DNA of 64,000 bases from assembly GCA_951406725.2 (NCBI GenBank), contig OX597823.1:51522001-51586000 (forward strand), read 5' to 3'. The stretch comes from Octopus vulgaris. Taxonomy: Eukaryota. The position numbers and the translations under genes are program-made. Position 1 is the first letter of the stretch. Each line of letters starts with the position of its first letter. This document shows positions 1 to 12,925 of the stretch, one piece after another. Under the pieces are notes generated by a model. That model was not told where the DNA came from. It saw nothing but the letters and a program-made list of their open reading frames with translations, and did not search any database.

Positions 1-960
1 TGATCCAATCCTGGATCAAACGTAGACCGATGCTGGGCATCTGGTACCTTGAGTGTCACTACACGCTCACGCTTGCCAGTCGGGCAATATGGTGAGTGGA
101 AGTTCTACTATGGCATTGTATTAAGGATTAGTGGTGAAAGGAAACGACGACGTTCTTGGGGAGACTCTGAGAATCGATGAATTTCAACTCACCAGTCTGT
201 TCCGGAGGACTTTCGGAACGGGACCTATGGATAACTTCCAGAAATCTCTGGCCTGGCAGTTCTATAGGGAACTTTGCCTGTTCGAGATAAACTCTATAGG
301 CACGTAAGTGCCGTCAGTCGTATCTGCCCGAGACGTGCACAGTGCGAGGAAACCGTCCTGCACGCACTGGTCCAGTGCCCGATCATATCTGATATATGGG
401 TTTATGTCGAACACATGCTGTCACGTGAAGGTCGTTTCCGCTTGTCGGCTGAGTTCACCATGAAGATTGCCCCGCCGCCTTCCTTTGGCCGGCAAGGAAA
501 GGCAATTTTCATTTGTCTTGTGGCAGTAGTGAAAGAGCTTGTGTGGTGGTCTAGACTGAAAGGGCTGAAGATATGCTTTACTCGTTCGCCTCCCCCTCAT
601 CAACTTCTTCAGATACCATCTGGAAAGGGAAGTTAGGGTTGAGAGAGAAGTGCTGACTTCCGGCAATTTTTGTTAAAAGGTGGGTGAATGTGGCGAAGAC
701 GGGCCGTGTCAACGGGCCTACTTTGAGCATCCAAGGCTGGGAGAGAGAGAAAGATGGGGAGAGGGTTGTTGCCCGAGTTGTCGCGGCGCTTGTGGATTTT
801 TTCGTGGGGTCTCTATGAGTAAATGCCTCCTTTAGGCATTTTCTTTGTTATGTTTTTCATGGTTATTGATTTTTACACGACACTTTATTTAACCCCACTT
901 TGCCCTTCATGTTTTGTAATGTCCAATCTTATTTTTGTCGGCTCTTATGGCTAATAAAAT
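1..960 (+). mobile_element. 3' end of an L1/Tx1-type LINE (decayed ORF2 C-terminus with zf-RVT/CCHC motif, plus 3' UTR)
   Basis: Frameshifted translation ..NFQKSLAWQFYR../LPVRDKL..ICPRRAQCEETVLHALVQCP..IW matches the W..LP....L / CxxC..E(T/S)..H....C motif of L1-clade ORF2. A T-rich 3' UTR with AATAAA at 953-958 follows. Confidence 0.8.
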
Positions 961-1297
961 TTCAGGCCTTCTGCCTATAGCAGAGCAAAGGCTGTTCATC
1001 GGTTTGTTGAAATATATAGAATATATGCTGTTAACATACTGTCACTTACAAAATGGAAGGCAAAACCTTCAAAGAATGTAAAAGAGTAAAAAAAAATGAC
1101 TTTACACAGTCAGTAAGTTATTAAGTTAGGAACGAGAGGTCTGAAACTAAACAAATCAAAATAAAATGAAAAAGCATTTTGGACTTTTATATTATTTAAT
1201 TTGAAAGTGTAAAACTATTTCACTCTATTTTACTTCTCATTTTGCACGATTATTAACATAATCGTATTGGCTTGGTTTTTCAAACAACTCTAACTCA

Positions 1298-1299
<2 letters not shown>

Positions 1300-1340
<41 letters not shown>

Positions 1341-1378
1341 CACACGCACACATATATATGTATATATGTGTGTGTATA

Positions 1379-1432
<54 letters not shown>

Positions 1433-1530
1433 CATATATACACATATGTACATGCATATACATACATTTATACAAATACACTTATATACACTCACATGTA
1501 CACAAACACCCGTACGCGCACGCGCACACA
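1300..1530. repeat. (TA)n/(TG)n/(CA)n compound microsatellite, representative of dozens in the window (e.g. 10680-11360, 29410-29660, 30250-30610, 43935-44450, 50340-50915, 59930-60500)
   Basis: Dinucleotide tracts seen directly. They are the source of the [12 protein letters not shown] pseudo-ORFs. Confidence 0.97.
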
Positions 1531-2109
1531 CAAAAACAAATTCTGTGTGCATAACAAATAGCTTCAAACATCACAAATGTTTTTGATGTCAGTTTGATAC
1601 TCTTGACTTAGAGAACAAGTCCAACTTCAACCAGTTAATAATAATAATAATAAAAATAACAACAACAATAACAAAAACGGAAACAACGATAACAACAACA
1701 ATAAGAAGAATAAGAACAACAATGGCAAATATACTTTTAAAATATTAAAAATGGATCACGTTGAAGTTCGTTGAAAGCTACATTGCTGAAACATTCGTTG
1801 GAGCAAAAAGCTTTTTCTTTTTTATATATTTCAAGAATCTAAAACCAATTTATTTTTTCGTCTGGATAAAATAAAATAAAGAAAAAGAAAGTAATATGAA
1901 CGCCCGTTTATTTTTGTTATGAAGGAAAATATATCTTAATATGTTGTTCAATCGGCTGTAACACGACAGACAAACAATGAGACGCTAGCATTTTGTTTGA
2001 GCGCTATATATATATTTATCTATATTTACGTATGAAAGTTTTTGTATGCGTACGTAGGTAATATATGCGTATGTGTGTATTTATTTATATATTTATATCT
2101 ATATTCATA

Positions 2110-2197
<88 letters not shown>

Positions 2198-2228
2198 TAT
2201 ATATATGTGTGTATGTATGTATTTATAC

Positions 2229-2360
2229 GTTTTGAGTTCAAATTCCGCCGTGGTCGATTCTGCCTTTCATCCATTAGGGGTCGATTAATTACGTACCATT
2301 TACGCACTGGGGTCGATGTAATCGACTTAATCCCTTTGTCTGTCTCCTTGTTTGTCCCTT
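2229..2360 (+). mobile_element. SINE family B fragment (tRNA-derived, GCCTTTCATCC...GTCGATAAA..AAGTACCAG body)
   Basis: Aligns by eye to 47455-47583. B-box GAGTTCAAATTCC is present. Confidence 0.85.
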
Positions 2361-2719
2361 CTAAGTTATTCCGCTTTCTTCTTAATCCTTTGTTACTATA
2401 TATCTGTTGAAACACATTGCCTTCGTTTCAATTAATTTTGAAAATTATGAAGAATATCTCAAAACATTTTTATGTAATTGCTATTTAAGTTATGTATGTT
2501 TCATTAGCTTGTCCTTACCTTCGTAACTTTGAGTAGACGAAACAGGGACAACTGAAGAAGGGGAATATTCCTTGTGCTGTATGTCTTGTGCTTTGTTTTT
2601 TCGTTGTTTGAATAAAAGTTCGTTTCCATGTTGTTTTTTTATGCTTTCGTTTCTCATTGTGTTCAATGCTTTTTTTGATGTCCTTTACCCATATATGCAT
2701 GTATATATACAAGTAAGTT

Positions 2720-2830
<111 letters not shown>

Positions 2831-2847
2831 ATATATATATATATATA

Positions 2848-3296
2848 TTTAAAATTAAGGATAAAATCTTTATAAGAAATTATCAGTAGTTAGCGTGAAA
2901 AACCTCGTAAGAGAAAAAATCTGTAAATTTTAAATTTTAAATTTATATTTTTCACCGGAATATTTCAATACTGAATTTTTGTTCCGAGTAGGCGAATAAG
3001 CCCGCCATTTTCATAGATATGTAAAGATAAACATTCGTACATGCTGCGGCGAATTCTACGGTTGGCTGTCGGGTTTGTAATGTTGTGTTTTTTCTTATAT
3101 GTCTTGAGTTCGTTGCACTGAAGAGCATAGAATGCATATTCTGCATTGATTGCGAAATCACAGGTGATATGTAACTAAATTCTGTTTCTAGCTGACTTGG
3201 TTTGAAGTTTTGCATTCGGTACAATTTGTTTATTTTAGTAGTTTTAACTGCAAAAGTCCCTCCTAGCGTGCGCTACCTATGAATAATAGTACCCTC

Positions 3297-3300
<4 letters not shown>
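2848..3300 (+). mobile_element. Non-autonomous Penelope-like/retrozyme-like element inserted in (TA)n, carrying a hammerhead ribozyme
   Basis: Bounded on both sides by (TA)n and contains a full HHR at 3112-3175. Its termini resemble the end of the 42175-42600 element (TAAGGATAAAAT..TATCA..GTAG). Confidence 0.6.
3112..3175 (+). ncRNA. Type I hammerhead ribozyme, full-length, canonical core
   Basis: GUUGCA-CUGAAGA-[GCAU AG AAUGCA UAUUC UGCAUU GA UUGC]-GAA-[AUCAC AG GUGAU]-A-UGUAAC. Stems I, II and III pair (one U.U mismatch in stem II). Predicted cleavage AUA| after 3169. Confidence 0.88.
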
Positions 3301-3370
<70 letters not shown>

Positions 3371-4032
3371 GTGTGTGTGTCTATGTGTGTTTATAAGTAT
3401 GTGTATATCTGTATATCTGTTTTGGGGTTTATGTTTAATTTCATATGTGTGCGGCCGTATGTATGTATGTATATGTTCGTGTGTGAGTAAACGCATAAAA
3501 TAGCAGTTATGGTATTTAGCATATGATCATAATGTTTCAATATTCTGTAGCGGTTGGCAAGTTGTGACAGTGAGTAAGGCATTTCACATCCCGGATATGC
3601 CACTGCGAGAACGTCGAGAAATTTGCCGAAAGACTGTTCATATTCGCTCGCGACTTCATATCCATCTAGACAGACAATTAGCGAGAGAGTGACACTTGTT
3701 ACCAAACTATACTCACTCGCGGTAGAAGCATGGACATCTTGTTCATCACACACACTTGCACACAGAAACACATACTCATGCATACACTCATACACACACA
3801 GACACACTGACAAAAGCAAGCGCGCCTGAACACACACACACATATGCATGCATGTTTTTCCTTTATCTTGTATTCATTTCGGTTGTTGGCTGAGGCCATG
3901 CTGTAGCACCACCTGTCAACGTGTTTGACCTTTTTTGTCTGCAGTTTCTGATGGAGTACCGAGTTGGACAGAGCCTCTTTTCTTCGTGACTCTTGTGTGT
4001 GTGTATAAATATATTATATATATATATATATA

Positions 4033-4255
4033 TAGTTAGTTAAACCAAACAAGAAAGCACAAAAAACAACACAACAACGCGAGGACGTGGAACAAATATA
4101 GCATTATTGGACGCTCAGGAAAGAAGGAAAGAAGGAGGGTTTAACGTTTCGAGCGGAGCTCTTCGTCAGAAACATAGGAGGAGGAAAGATCCAGAGAAGG
4201 GAAGATCCAGAGAAGGGAAGACAGATGAAAAAAATCGCCAACGGTACACATGATG
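4033..4255 (-). mobile_element. Short PLE-derived (pLTR-like) element in (TA)n with minimal hammerhead
   Basis: Flanked by TA repeats. Contains the HHR at 4139-4173 and the CGCTCAGGAA motif (4112-4121) shared with 28848-28857 and 45955-45964. Confidence 0.7.
4139..4173 (-). ncRNA. Minimal type I hammerhead ribozyme (PLE-type, palindromic ACGU stem III)
   Basis: Reverse strand reads GUUU-CUGACGA-A-GAGC UCC GCUC-GAA-ACGU-U-AAAC. Confidence 0.85.
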
Positions 4256-4431
4256 TATATATAGTTATATATTTGTATTTATGTACATGCATTTATACTA
4301 CGAAAGCCAGAGTAAATGTTATTTTATTATACAACAATGTCTAGTCTTAGTCTTTCCTACTCTCTTGGAGATAACTGCATGTCATTGACTAATGCTTATA
4401 TATATATACATATATGTATATATTTTGTGAG

Positions 4432-4487
<56 letters not shown>

Positions 4488-4863
4488 CGTGTGTGTGTGT
4501 ATGTATATATATATATATACATATTTTAAAAATTTTATTTTATCTAGTTTCAGCTCACGAGCTGTGGTCATGCTGGGGCACCGCCATTCAAAAACAGTAG
4601 CAGTCCTCATCCCATATATATATCATATATCATATATATATATATGCACACACACACACACAAGCTTACATAGAGAAGGATAAGAATAAGGGAAGAGAGT
4701 TTGAATGATTGAATGACATACTACAACTTGCGTACGTAAATGTTATTCAACGATATATATGTATATATATATATGGAGAGTGAGAGACATATATACATCT
4801 ATATATACTAATATATGTATTTATACATATATGATGTGCATGTATGTGTGTATGCATACAGAA

Positions 4864-4944
<81 letters not shown>

Positions 4945-5524
4945 CACTCACACATATACACATATATGTATACATATGTGTGTGTGCATGTGTATGTGTG
5001 TTTGTGTGGATCTGTTTACATGCGTATTGTTGATCTATGTGCTGATTACAATATTCTAATGAACATTGTAGACAAAGCAAACATTAATTGTAAATCTAGC
5101 CCTTTAACAAACTATCTGTCTGTCCGTCTGTCTCCATTCTATACATGCACGTCACTCTATTCACCTGTTTACTGATCTTAAGATAACAAATATGGCAATT
5201 CTCGTCATTACTCTGTTGTATAACCGATAACTTGCATAGTATGCTTACTTAATTTACATTCAGTAAATATCTCACTCCCAACTCTATCTCTCTCTCTCTC
5301 TCTCTCCCTTAATGTCTGTCTCCCTCTTTCTTCCATTCTTTTTCTCTTTCTCCCCGCCTCTCTTTCTCTGTTTCTCTCTATCCTAACCATTCTACCTCTC
5401 ACTCTCTACATGTATATATTTATCTCTCTCCCTCTTGCTCACTTTTTCTGTTATACTTACTGTCTTTTTCTCTTTCACTATGTCACTATGTGTCTCTGTA
5501 TGTGTGTGCATGTATGTGTGAATG

Positions 5525-5571
<47 letters not shown>

Positions 5572-5863
5572 GCATTTACACACATACACACAGTCTTTTA
5601 TACATATGTATGTGTGTATGTGTTCTCAGTATGCTCTGAAGCATGGACACATAACAAATATCGTTCTCTCCTCCTAACTTGGGTCTCTACCTCTATTTCT
5701 GTCCGTTGCTACAATAAATCCACACATCACTCCTTATGCACACGATTGAATTCCTATATACATACATATATACATATACAGACATACATCATATATATAT
5801 ATATATATATATGAATGTATGTATGTATGTATATATGTCTATTGAAGAAAATTCACTCGCAGT

Positions 5864-5897
<34 letters not shown>

Positions 5898-6340
5898 TAT
5901 AGTCCAACTAATGTTTACTGATCTAAAGGCAACAAGTGTACCGATCAATCGCTCCTATTACTACGTTGTATAACTAAGAGAACTGCTTACGCTAACTCAC
6001 TCTGTTACATGCTGTGAATATTTCCGTTTCCCACACATCGGAATACAAAAATGAACGCTCAGGATTTCCTTCCACCCAACCGTACACACATACACACACA
6101 CACACACACAAATATATGCAAACACAGAGACACCCACGGACACATATACACACACACAACTTCCCAACTACACCCACATACACCACTGCATCTCTTATCC
6201 CTCCTCACACACACCCCCAATCCCATTTTGTATGTTATTCTCCATTCATTTGCATTAACATTTAGTATCAACGCGATACATCTCCTAGCCATTGTGCACA
6301 CATTATTCCGTTTGATTCACACAAATGAGCATATACATAC

Positions 6341-6398
<58 letters not shown>

Positions 6399-7136
6399 GT
6401 ATGTGTGTGTGTGTGCGTGTATACTTGGTTGAACATAGAGGCATATATACATGCATGCATACATGAATACATACATACACACACATATATATATGTATGT
6501 ATATATATAAATATATATATACATACATATATATATATATATGTACTTCATCTCGTGTGGACAATGGCTTCTGTTTGGTTCTAAGACACGTGTAACGATG
6601 TGTAGGAGATTTTGTGACGGACATTGGTTTAAACTGAATCGCATCCTCTAGTTACTTAACGAACTCAGCATCTAAAAGGAAGTTTATCAGCTCATTCGCC
6701 AATCTATGTATGCTCGTATGTTTTCATGTGTGTGCATTTATGGATGCTTATGTATGTGCATGTGTGCGATGTGTATGATTCCATATATTTATACGGCATG
6801 AAAGCAAGAATGCGGTTATGGCGGTGTTGTGCACCAATGCATGTACAGCGATGAATATGTAAACCTTTTGTGCATATGCATCCATTTGCCTATTTGAGTA
6901 TGAGTGCATCTGTCAGCTAGTGTATGCACACGTTTATGTGTTATGACTGTATACGACGAATAAGCTACTGCACATTTATACGTAACTGGATATAGACACC
7001 TTTGCACATTTGCATGTGAACGAGAGCGCATGTCTAAGTATATTTAGACTGTCCTCATTGCTTGTGTGTATGTATGTATGTATGTATGTATGTATGTATG
7101 TATGTATGTATGTATGTATGTATGTGTGCGTGTGTG

Positions 7137-7400
7137 TGAAAGATACCCGTCGTATACGTATACATATGTGTGTGTGTGGGTGTATGTCTTTGTGTCTGTG
7201 TTTGTCACGCACCACCGCTTGACAGCTAGTGTTGGTATGTTTACATCTTCGAAACTTGCGGTTCAGCAAAAGAAACCGACAAAATAAGTTCCAGACTTAC
7301 AAAAAATAAGTACTGGAATTGATTTGTTCGCCTAAAATACCAGGTGGTGCCCCAGCATGATCGCAATCTAATGATTAAAACAAGTAAAAGCTAAAAGATA
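7137..7400 (+). mobile_element. SINE family A, 3' half
   Basis: Homologous to 37140-37398 (GCTTGACA..GCGGTTC.GCAAAAGA.ACCGA..CCAGCATG..GCA.TC.AATGA.T.AAACAAGTAAAAG). Confidence 0.9.
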
Positions 7401-7430
7401 ACACACACACACACACACGCACGCACACAT

Positions 7431-7851
7431 ACTCTTTACTCTTTTATTCTTTTACTTGTTTCTGTCATTTGGCTACGGCCATGACAGGAGCACCGCCTTT
7501 AGTCGAGCAAATCGACCCCAGTACTTATTCTTTGTAAGCCTACCACTTATTCTATCGGTCTCTTTTGCCGATCCTCTAGATGACGGGGACGTAAACACAC
7601 CTGCATCGGTTGTCAAGCGATGTTGGGGGGACAAATACAGACACACAAACATACACACATACACACACACACATAAGTATACATATATACGACGGGCTTC
7701 TTTCAGTGTCCGTCTATTAAATCCACTCACAAGGCTTTCGTCGGCCCGAGGCTATAGTAGAAGACACTTGCCAAAAGTGCCTCGCACTGGGACTGAACCC
7801 AGAATCATGTGGCTGGTAAGCAAGCTACTTACCACACAGACACTCCTGCCC
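7431..7851 (-). mobile_element. SINE family A, full length (octopus OR/OK-type tRNA-derived SINE with internal microsatellite)
   Basis: Reverse complement of the 36983-37398 copy: tRNA-like head with A/B boxes, CTT(T/G)GGCAAGT body, internal (TA)/(TG) tract and A-rich tail. Confidence 0.95.
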
Positions 7852-7936
7852 ATATACATATGTTAATAATAATGCCCCATGAATAGAATTTATAAATATT
7901 TTAATGCATCGCAAATAAAGGTGTCATTATTGATCA

Positions 7937-8239
7937 TAAATGACCATGGGATTGCACCTAGAAAATTCCCTTTCAAGGAGAAGTCCGAGCATGGAAAGCC
8001 AGCAATTGCCCATGTATACCAGCCTCCCCACTCCACGCCATTGTTATTACCCAAGGGAAAGTTAAAGGCCGATACAGCTTGGAGCCAGCGACGCCGCGAC
8101 TCATTTCTACAGCTGAATGAACTGGAGCAACGTGAAATAAAGTACCTTGCTGGAGAACACAGAAGACGGCCCAATGCGGGAATCAAACTCACTATTTCGT
8201 GATAGTGAGCCTAACGGCTCTTACCACTGAGCCATGCGC
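7937..8239 (-). mobile_element. CORE-type tRNA SINE (family C)
   Basis: Minus strand GCGCATGGCTCAGTGGTAAGAGC..GTGAGTTTGATTCCC head, followed by CORE-like CAGCAAGGTACTTTATTTCACGTTGCTCCAGTTCATTCAGCTGTAGAAATGAGT. Confidence 0.8.
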
Positions 8240-8392
8240 TAAATTTATCGGTATAGCTCGGTACAACTCCATAAAACTGCTAAAGGAAGTTGGTATCATT
8301 AGGCTGTATCCGACATAATAAAATCGGAGCTTTTATGTCCCTACTCAAAAGCGTTTCACGTAAGCGAACTTCAAGGATATAATATCATAAAG

Positions 8393-8634
8393 CAGTGGCT
8401 CTCAACTTGGGTCCACATGGCCCTTGGGCATCTATAAAAGATGTTGTTAAAATTTATGTGAAATAAATTGGCTACACTTCTACAATACATAAAATATTTT
8501 AATAATTCAAATTTTTATACAATTTCTAATGATATTTAATTATAAAAATATAATAGGATTTTTTAAACATCATATCGCTATGAGGGAATAGGAATCAGAG
8601 GGGTCAATAAGGAAAAAATTGTTGAGAATAAATA
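8393..8634 (+). mobile_element. hAT (Charlie-like) MITE
   Basis: TIR CAGTGGCTCTCAA, with a degenerate TTGAGAATAAATA right end. 8-bp TSD TCATAAAG/TCATAAAA. Internal homology to 22400-22725. Confidence 0.8.
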
Positions 8635-8846
8635 TCATAAAATATCTTATTTGATACGCTCTCTAACAGTTCTTCTAATTCACTGCCCTAGATTAGCACC
8701 GACGGAACAGCTTACCTTGGCCAAATTTGAACTGAGAGCACGTAGAGCTGGGAAAATCTTCTAAAGACTCCGTCAACGCGTCTTCTGGTTTGAACATTTA
8801 ATTTAAAAATTTAATTTAAAAATTGAAGTTTCTTAAAAAATTTCTT

Positions 8847-9220
8847 TGGTTCAGGGTTCAGTCCCACTGCGTGGCATCTTGGGCAAGTGTCTTCTGCTAT
8901 AGCCCCGGGCCGACCAATGTCTTGTGAGTGGATTTGGTAGACGGAAACTGAAAGAAGCCTGTCGTATATATGTATAAATATATATAAGTGTGTGTGTATA
9001 TGTTTGTGTGTCTGTGTTTGTCCCCCTAGCATTGCTTGACAACCGATGCTGTTGTGTTTACGTCCCCGTCACTTAGCGGTTCGGCAAAAGAGACCGATAG
9101 AATAAGTACTGGGCTTACAAAGAATAAGTCCCGGGGTCGATTTGCTCGACTAAAGGCGGTGCTCCAGCATGGCCGCAGTCAAATGACTGAAACAAGTAAA
9201 AGAGTAAAAAGTAAAGAGTA
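8847..9220 (+). mobile_element. SINE family A, slightly 5'-truncated
   Basis: High similarity to 37030-37398. Confidence 0.95.
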
Positions 9221-9239
9221 TATTTTTTTCTAATTTTGG

Positions 9240-9460
9240 CACAAAGTCAGCATTTTTTTTAATGGAGTATGTGGATTATGTCATCCTAAGTAGTCAGTCC
9301 GTAATTCCTTTATCGGTTTCAAAGTACAGAACGCAAAGTTGATCTCGATGTAATTTGAACTCAGAACACAGAGAGACGGAAAAATTACTCCAAACATTTT
9401 TTTCCGACTTGTTAATTGTTCTGCCACTCACTACCTTTGTCCTACGCGCTAACGATTCAG
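9240..9460 (-). mobile_element. SINE family B, old degraded copy
   Basis: AATTTGAACTCAGAAC (antisense B-box) and TTCTGCCA-like head remnants. Confidence 0.55.
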
Positions 9461-10686
9461 TCAGCCTTTCAGCACTTCCATATTTAGATAAAACTTTACA
9501 TATTTTAAGAGAGAACATTCGTGTACACGCCGAAATGTTAACATTCGAAGAACGAGTAAATAACATATGGTATGTATTGGCAATATGAAGATCAAAAGAG
9601 AGAACACTTCGGACTTCTTTAATTTTTCAAAATTGAGAAAAATGATAAAGAGAAACTCAGTGATGTTATCACTTTCATTATAATAATTTCGTTGGCTTAC
9701 AGTCAAAACTGCAGAACACGCACAAACACACTGGCATGGTACACATATACACACACTAACGTTCACTTTCTCCCTCTATCTCCCTCTCTTTCTCGCCCCT
9801 CTCTCTGTCTTTCCTTCTCCTTCTCTTCAATCTCGGATGAAGGGGGGAAAACCATGAGGTTCGATTTGTGACACCTCATAGAAACTGGACACAATAATCT
9901 CATTGTTACTTAGCATAGTTTAACTCGGATCGGGCAGCTCTATCGCCAAAGTCATTTGAACTATGCCTATCTCATCTTTTTAGAAGTATATAGAAAGGAC
10001 TACGTTACATAAAATTTCATTTCCATATTTAAGGCGGTTGAGTCTGGTTCAAAGGAAACTTGGCTGCTATTCCTAGCAGATCTATTGACCACGGAAATGC
10101 TACCCGTTGACTCTACATTTAACAAATAATGAAGACACATCTATATCATTTTTAAGAAACGAAAGCTTCCGCACAACTGTTTACTCAAAGAAACTAAATT
10201 TAAAATAAATATTGTCAGTAATTTAATTTTACGAAGAATGATTGATTAGTTTCACTTGATACAAATATTTTACGAAGAACACAAATAGAAATTTCTCTCT
10301 TTTATAACATTTCTCAAGGATATTATCAAGGTAAATAAAATGAACGTATAATAAATGAGAACGTATCTGGATCGATGTTTTGCGCCACCCAAACATGACA
10401 TCTCGCTCTATGACAGTCACCAGAGCTTTTAAGAGCAGCTTGATTTAATTTCAAATTTTAGTCAGCGTAATTAATTCATATGATTAATGAAGATCGTACA
10501 GTATATATATATTTTATTTTGAAATATGGATAATCTTATACTATTAATATAACGAAATAGATGTGGCTGTATATGTAATCATCGATCTTCGTCTGCAGCA
10601 AGTGACTTACTGTTTGGTAAGAAGTAGTTTGAACGAGTAATCTATTATAACAGTCTCTATTATTACCATTGCACACACAAACATAC

Positions 10687-10750
<64 letters not shown>

Positions 10751-10766
10751 CATATACATACATACA

Positions 10767-10802
<36 letters not shown>

Positions 10803-10830
10803 TACATACATACATATTCATATACATATC

Positions 10831-10863
<33 letters not shown>

Positions 10864-11064
10864 ATATACATATTCACAAATACATATGTATATATGTATT
10901 TGAGATATATATATATCTACAAACACACACATATATATACATATATATACTCACATACATATATATGTGCATATACATATATATATATCTGCATATATAT
11001 ATACATATATATATATACACATACACATATATATATATACATAAATATACACATATATATATAA

Positions 11065-11098
<34 letters not shown>

Positions 11099-12734
11099 CA
11101 TATATATATACATACACATATACATACATACACACATACACACACACATATATATATATATACATATATGTACATATATATATATACATATATGCTTACA
11201 TATATTTATATATACATATATATACATACAAATATATATATAAATATGTAAGTACACATATATGAATATATAGTGGCATACACGCGCACGTATATGTGAG
11301 TGTGTGCGCGGGTGTGTGTGCGTGTGTGTGTGTGTGTGTGCGTGTGTGAGTGTGTGTGAGCCTGTGTGTTGTCATTGCTACAGCAAATCTTCTAAAATGT
11401 TAGACATTCCGAACGATATAATGTCATATTACAGAAAAGCAAAATGACATGTAAAATACCAAATTTTGAAAAATGACCCGAAAGAAAGTTTGAAAGAGAT
11501 TACAGAAAATTCGGCTTCTCTGAAAGTTTTTCTATAATTTCATATTGTACAGTGTACAATAATGCCTGCTTCAAGGCGGTCGATTGACAATATATTTCAT
11601 TTCATATTTACACGAAAATTGTTCTACGAACTCATTGTCAATGATTGATATTGCTATACTGTCAGTGAAATTATAAGATCTGTGTTTTGTTCTTCATGCG
11701 TTCAGCGTTGTGAAAAATAATTCTTCAGCTATTTTCAGATAGTATCTCTGCTTATTCGAGAAACACTAATGAATGGTTAAGGTATCTTCTACTGCCGAAG
11801 GAATTTCGAAGGTTATCGTAGACCCTTAGGTAAACGGAAATCTTAATCATTATAATTTCTGACCACGTTTATGCTACTTCTAAAAGAGTATTGAACCACA
11901 GAAATGTTCAATAGTGTTTTTAAAATGATGGTATTTTCCCTTCTGACTGACCGATTTTCTTGAAGTAGGATTCCGCACAAATGCCAAGCACCATTAATTT
12001 ATAGTTAAAGTTTCTTGGTATGACCATGCAATAATTGTAACTTAGTATGCGCCCGGAGTAACATATCTCTTATGTTTCATGTATTTCAGATCAAAAAGAA
12101 GTCGAGCAAAAATATCTGCAGTTTACATCAAAATTAATATTCTGCTTCAGATGATAGCGACATATTTTACGTCGTTTTTTATTTTCTTTTCAAGCCAAGA
12201 AATTAGTTGAATGGCGCGAGAAAAAGTAATATTTCTTTACCTTCATCGAACATTAACGGCAATATCAATATTTTTTAATAATCGGGAATTACCATTTTGG
12301 CAGAGTTAGTAGCCAAAAAGATGTTTAAATTTGGCTCAAGGTATAGTGTATAGAAATACATTTAGAAATGCAGATTATTGATAAATAAAGATAAAACTTT
12401 TTTTATGAAGCTCATTTTAGATTACAAAGATGGCTTCTTTTCAATCTTGAACATAAATCAAATACTGAAATAAAAAGGAATATAACAAAACTAGAAAACA
12501 AAATGACATGAAAGTTTAACGTTATTCTATAAATATTAATAACTTGTTTAAGAACAATTCTCTAAGTTCATAGAGGAAAGAAAAAAATTGTGTAAGAAAT
12601 TCACATATTTTTCAACGGTATTAGTGGTTTAAGTAAATTTATTGTCTTCAGTTGGTCGGGGATCGAAACCAGTCCACACTAGTAATATTACACATTAACT
12701 ATATCGCACTGTAATAATCCTTTCAAATGTTGCA

Positions 12735-12925
12735 GAAGGCTAGCAATTTTGAAGGGAAGCTGAAGTTGATTACATCGACCCAGTACTTGACTGGTGCTTA
12801 TTTTATTGACCAGAAAGGTTGGAAGGAAAAGCCGACCTCATTGGTATTTGAACTCAGAAAGTAAAGAGCCGGAAGAAATGTTGCAAATTACTTTGTCTGA
12901 CATGCTAACGAATCTACTAGCTCAT
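12735..12925 (-). mobile_element. SINE family B, diverged copy
   Basis: GTTGATTACATCGACCCAGTACTTGACTGGTGCTTATTTTATTGACC..GGAAAAGCCGACCTC..TTTGAACTCAGAA. Confidence 0.8.

Noticed and set aside
3500-3745. Open, complex-looking minus-strand frame (DEQDVHASTASEYSLV..HYDHML) as a possible exon
   Set aside because: No recognisable domain or convincing splice sites, and the ORF ends lie in microsatellites. BLASTX or RNA-seq would be needed.
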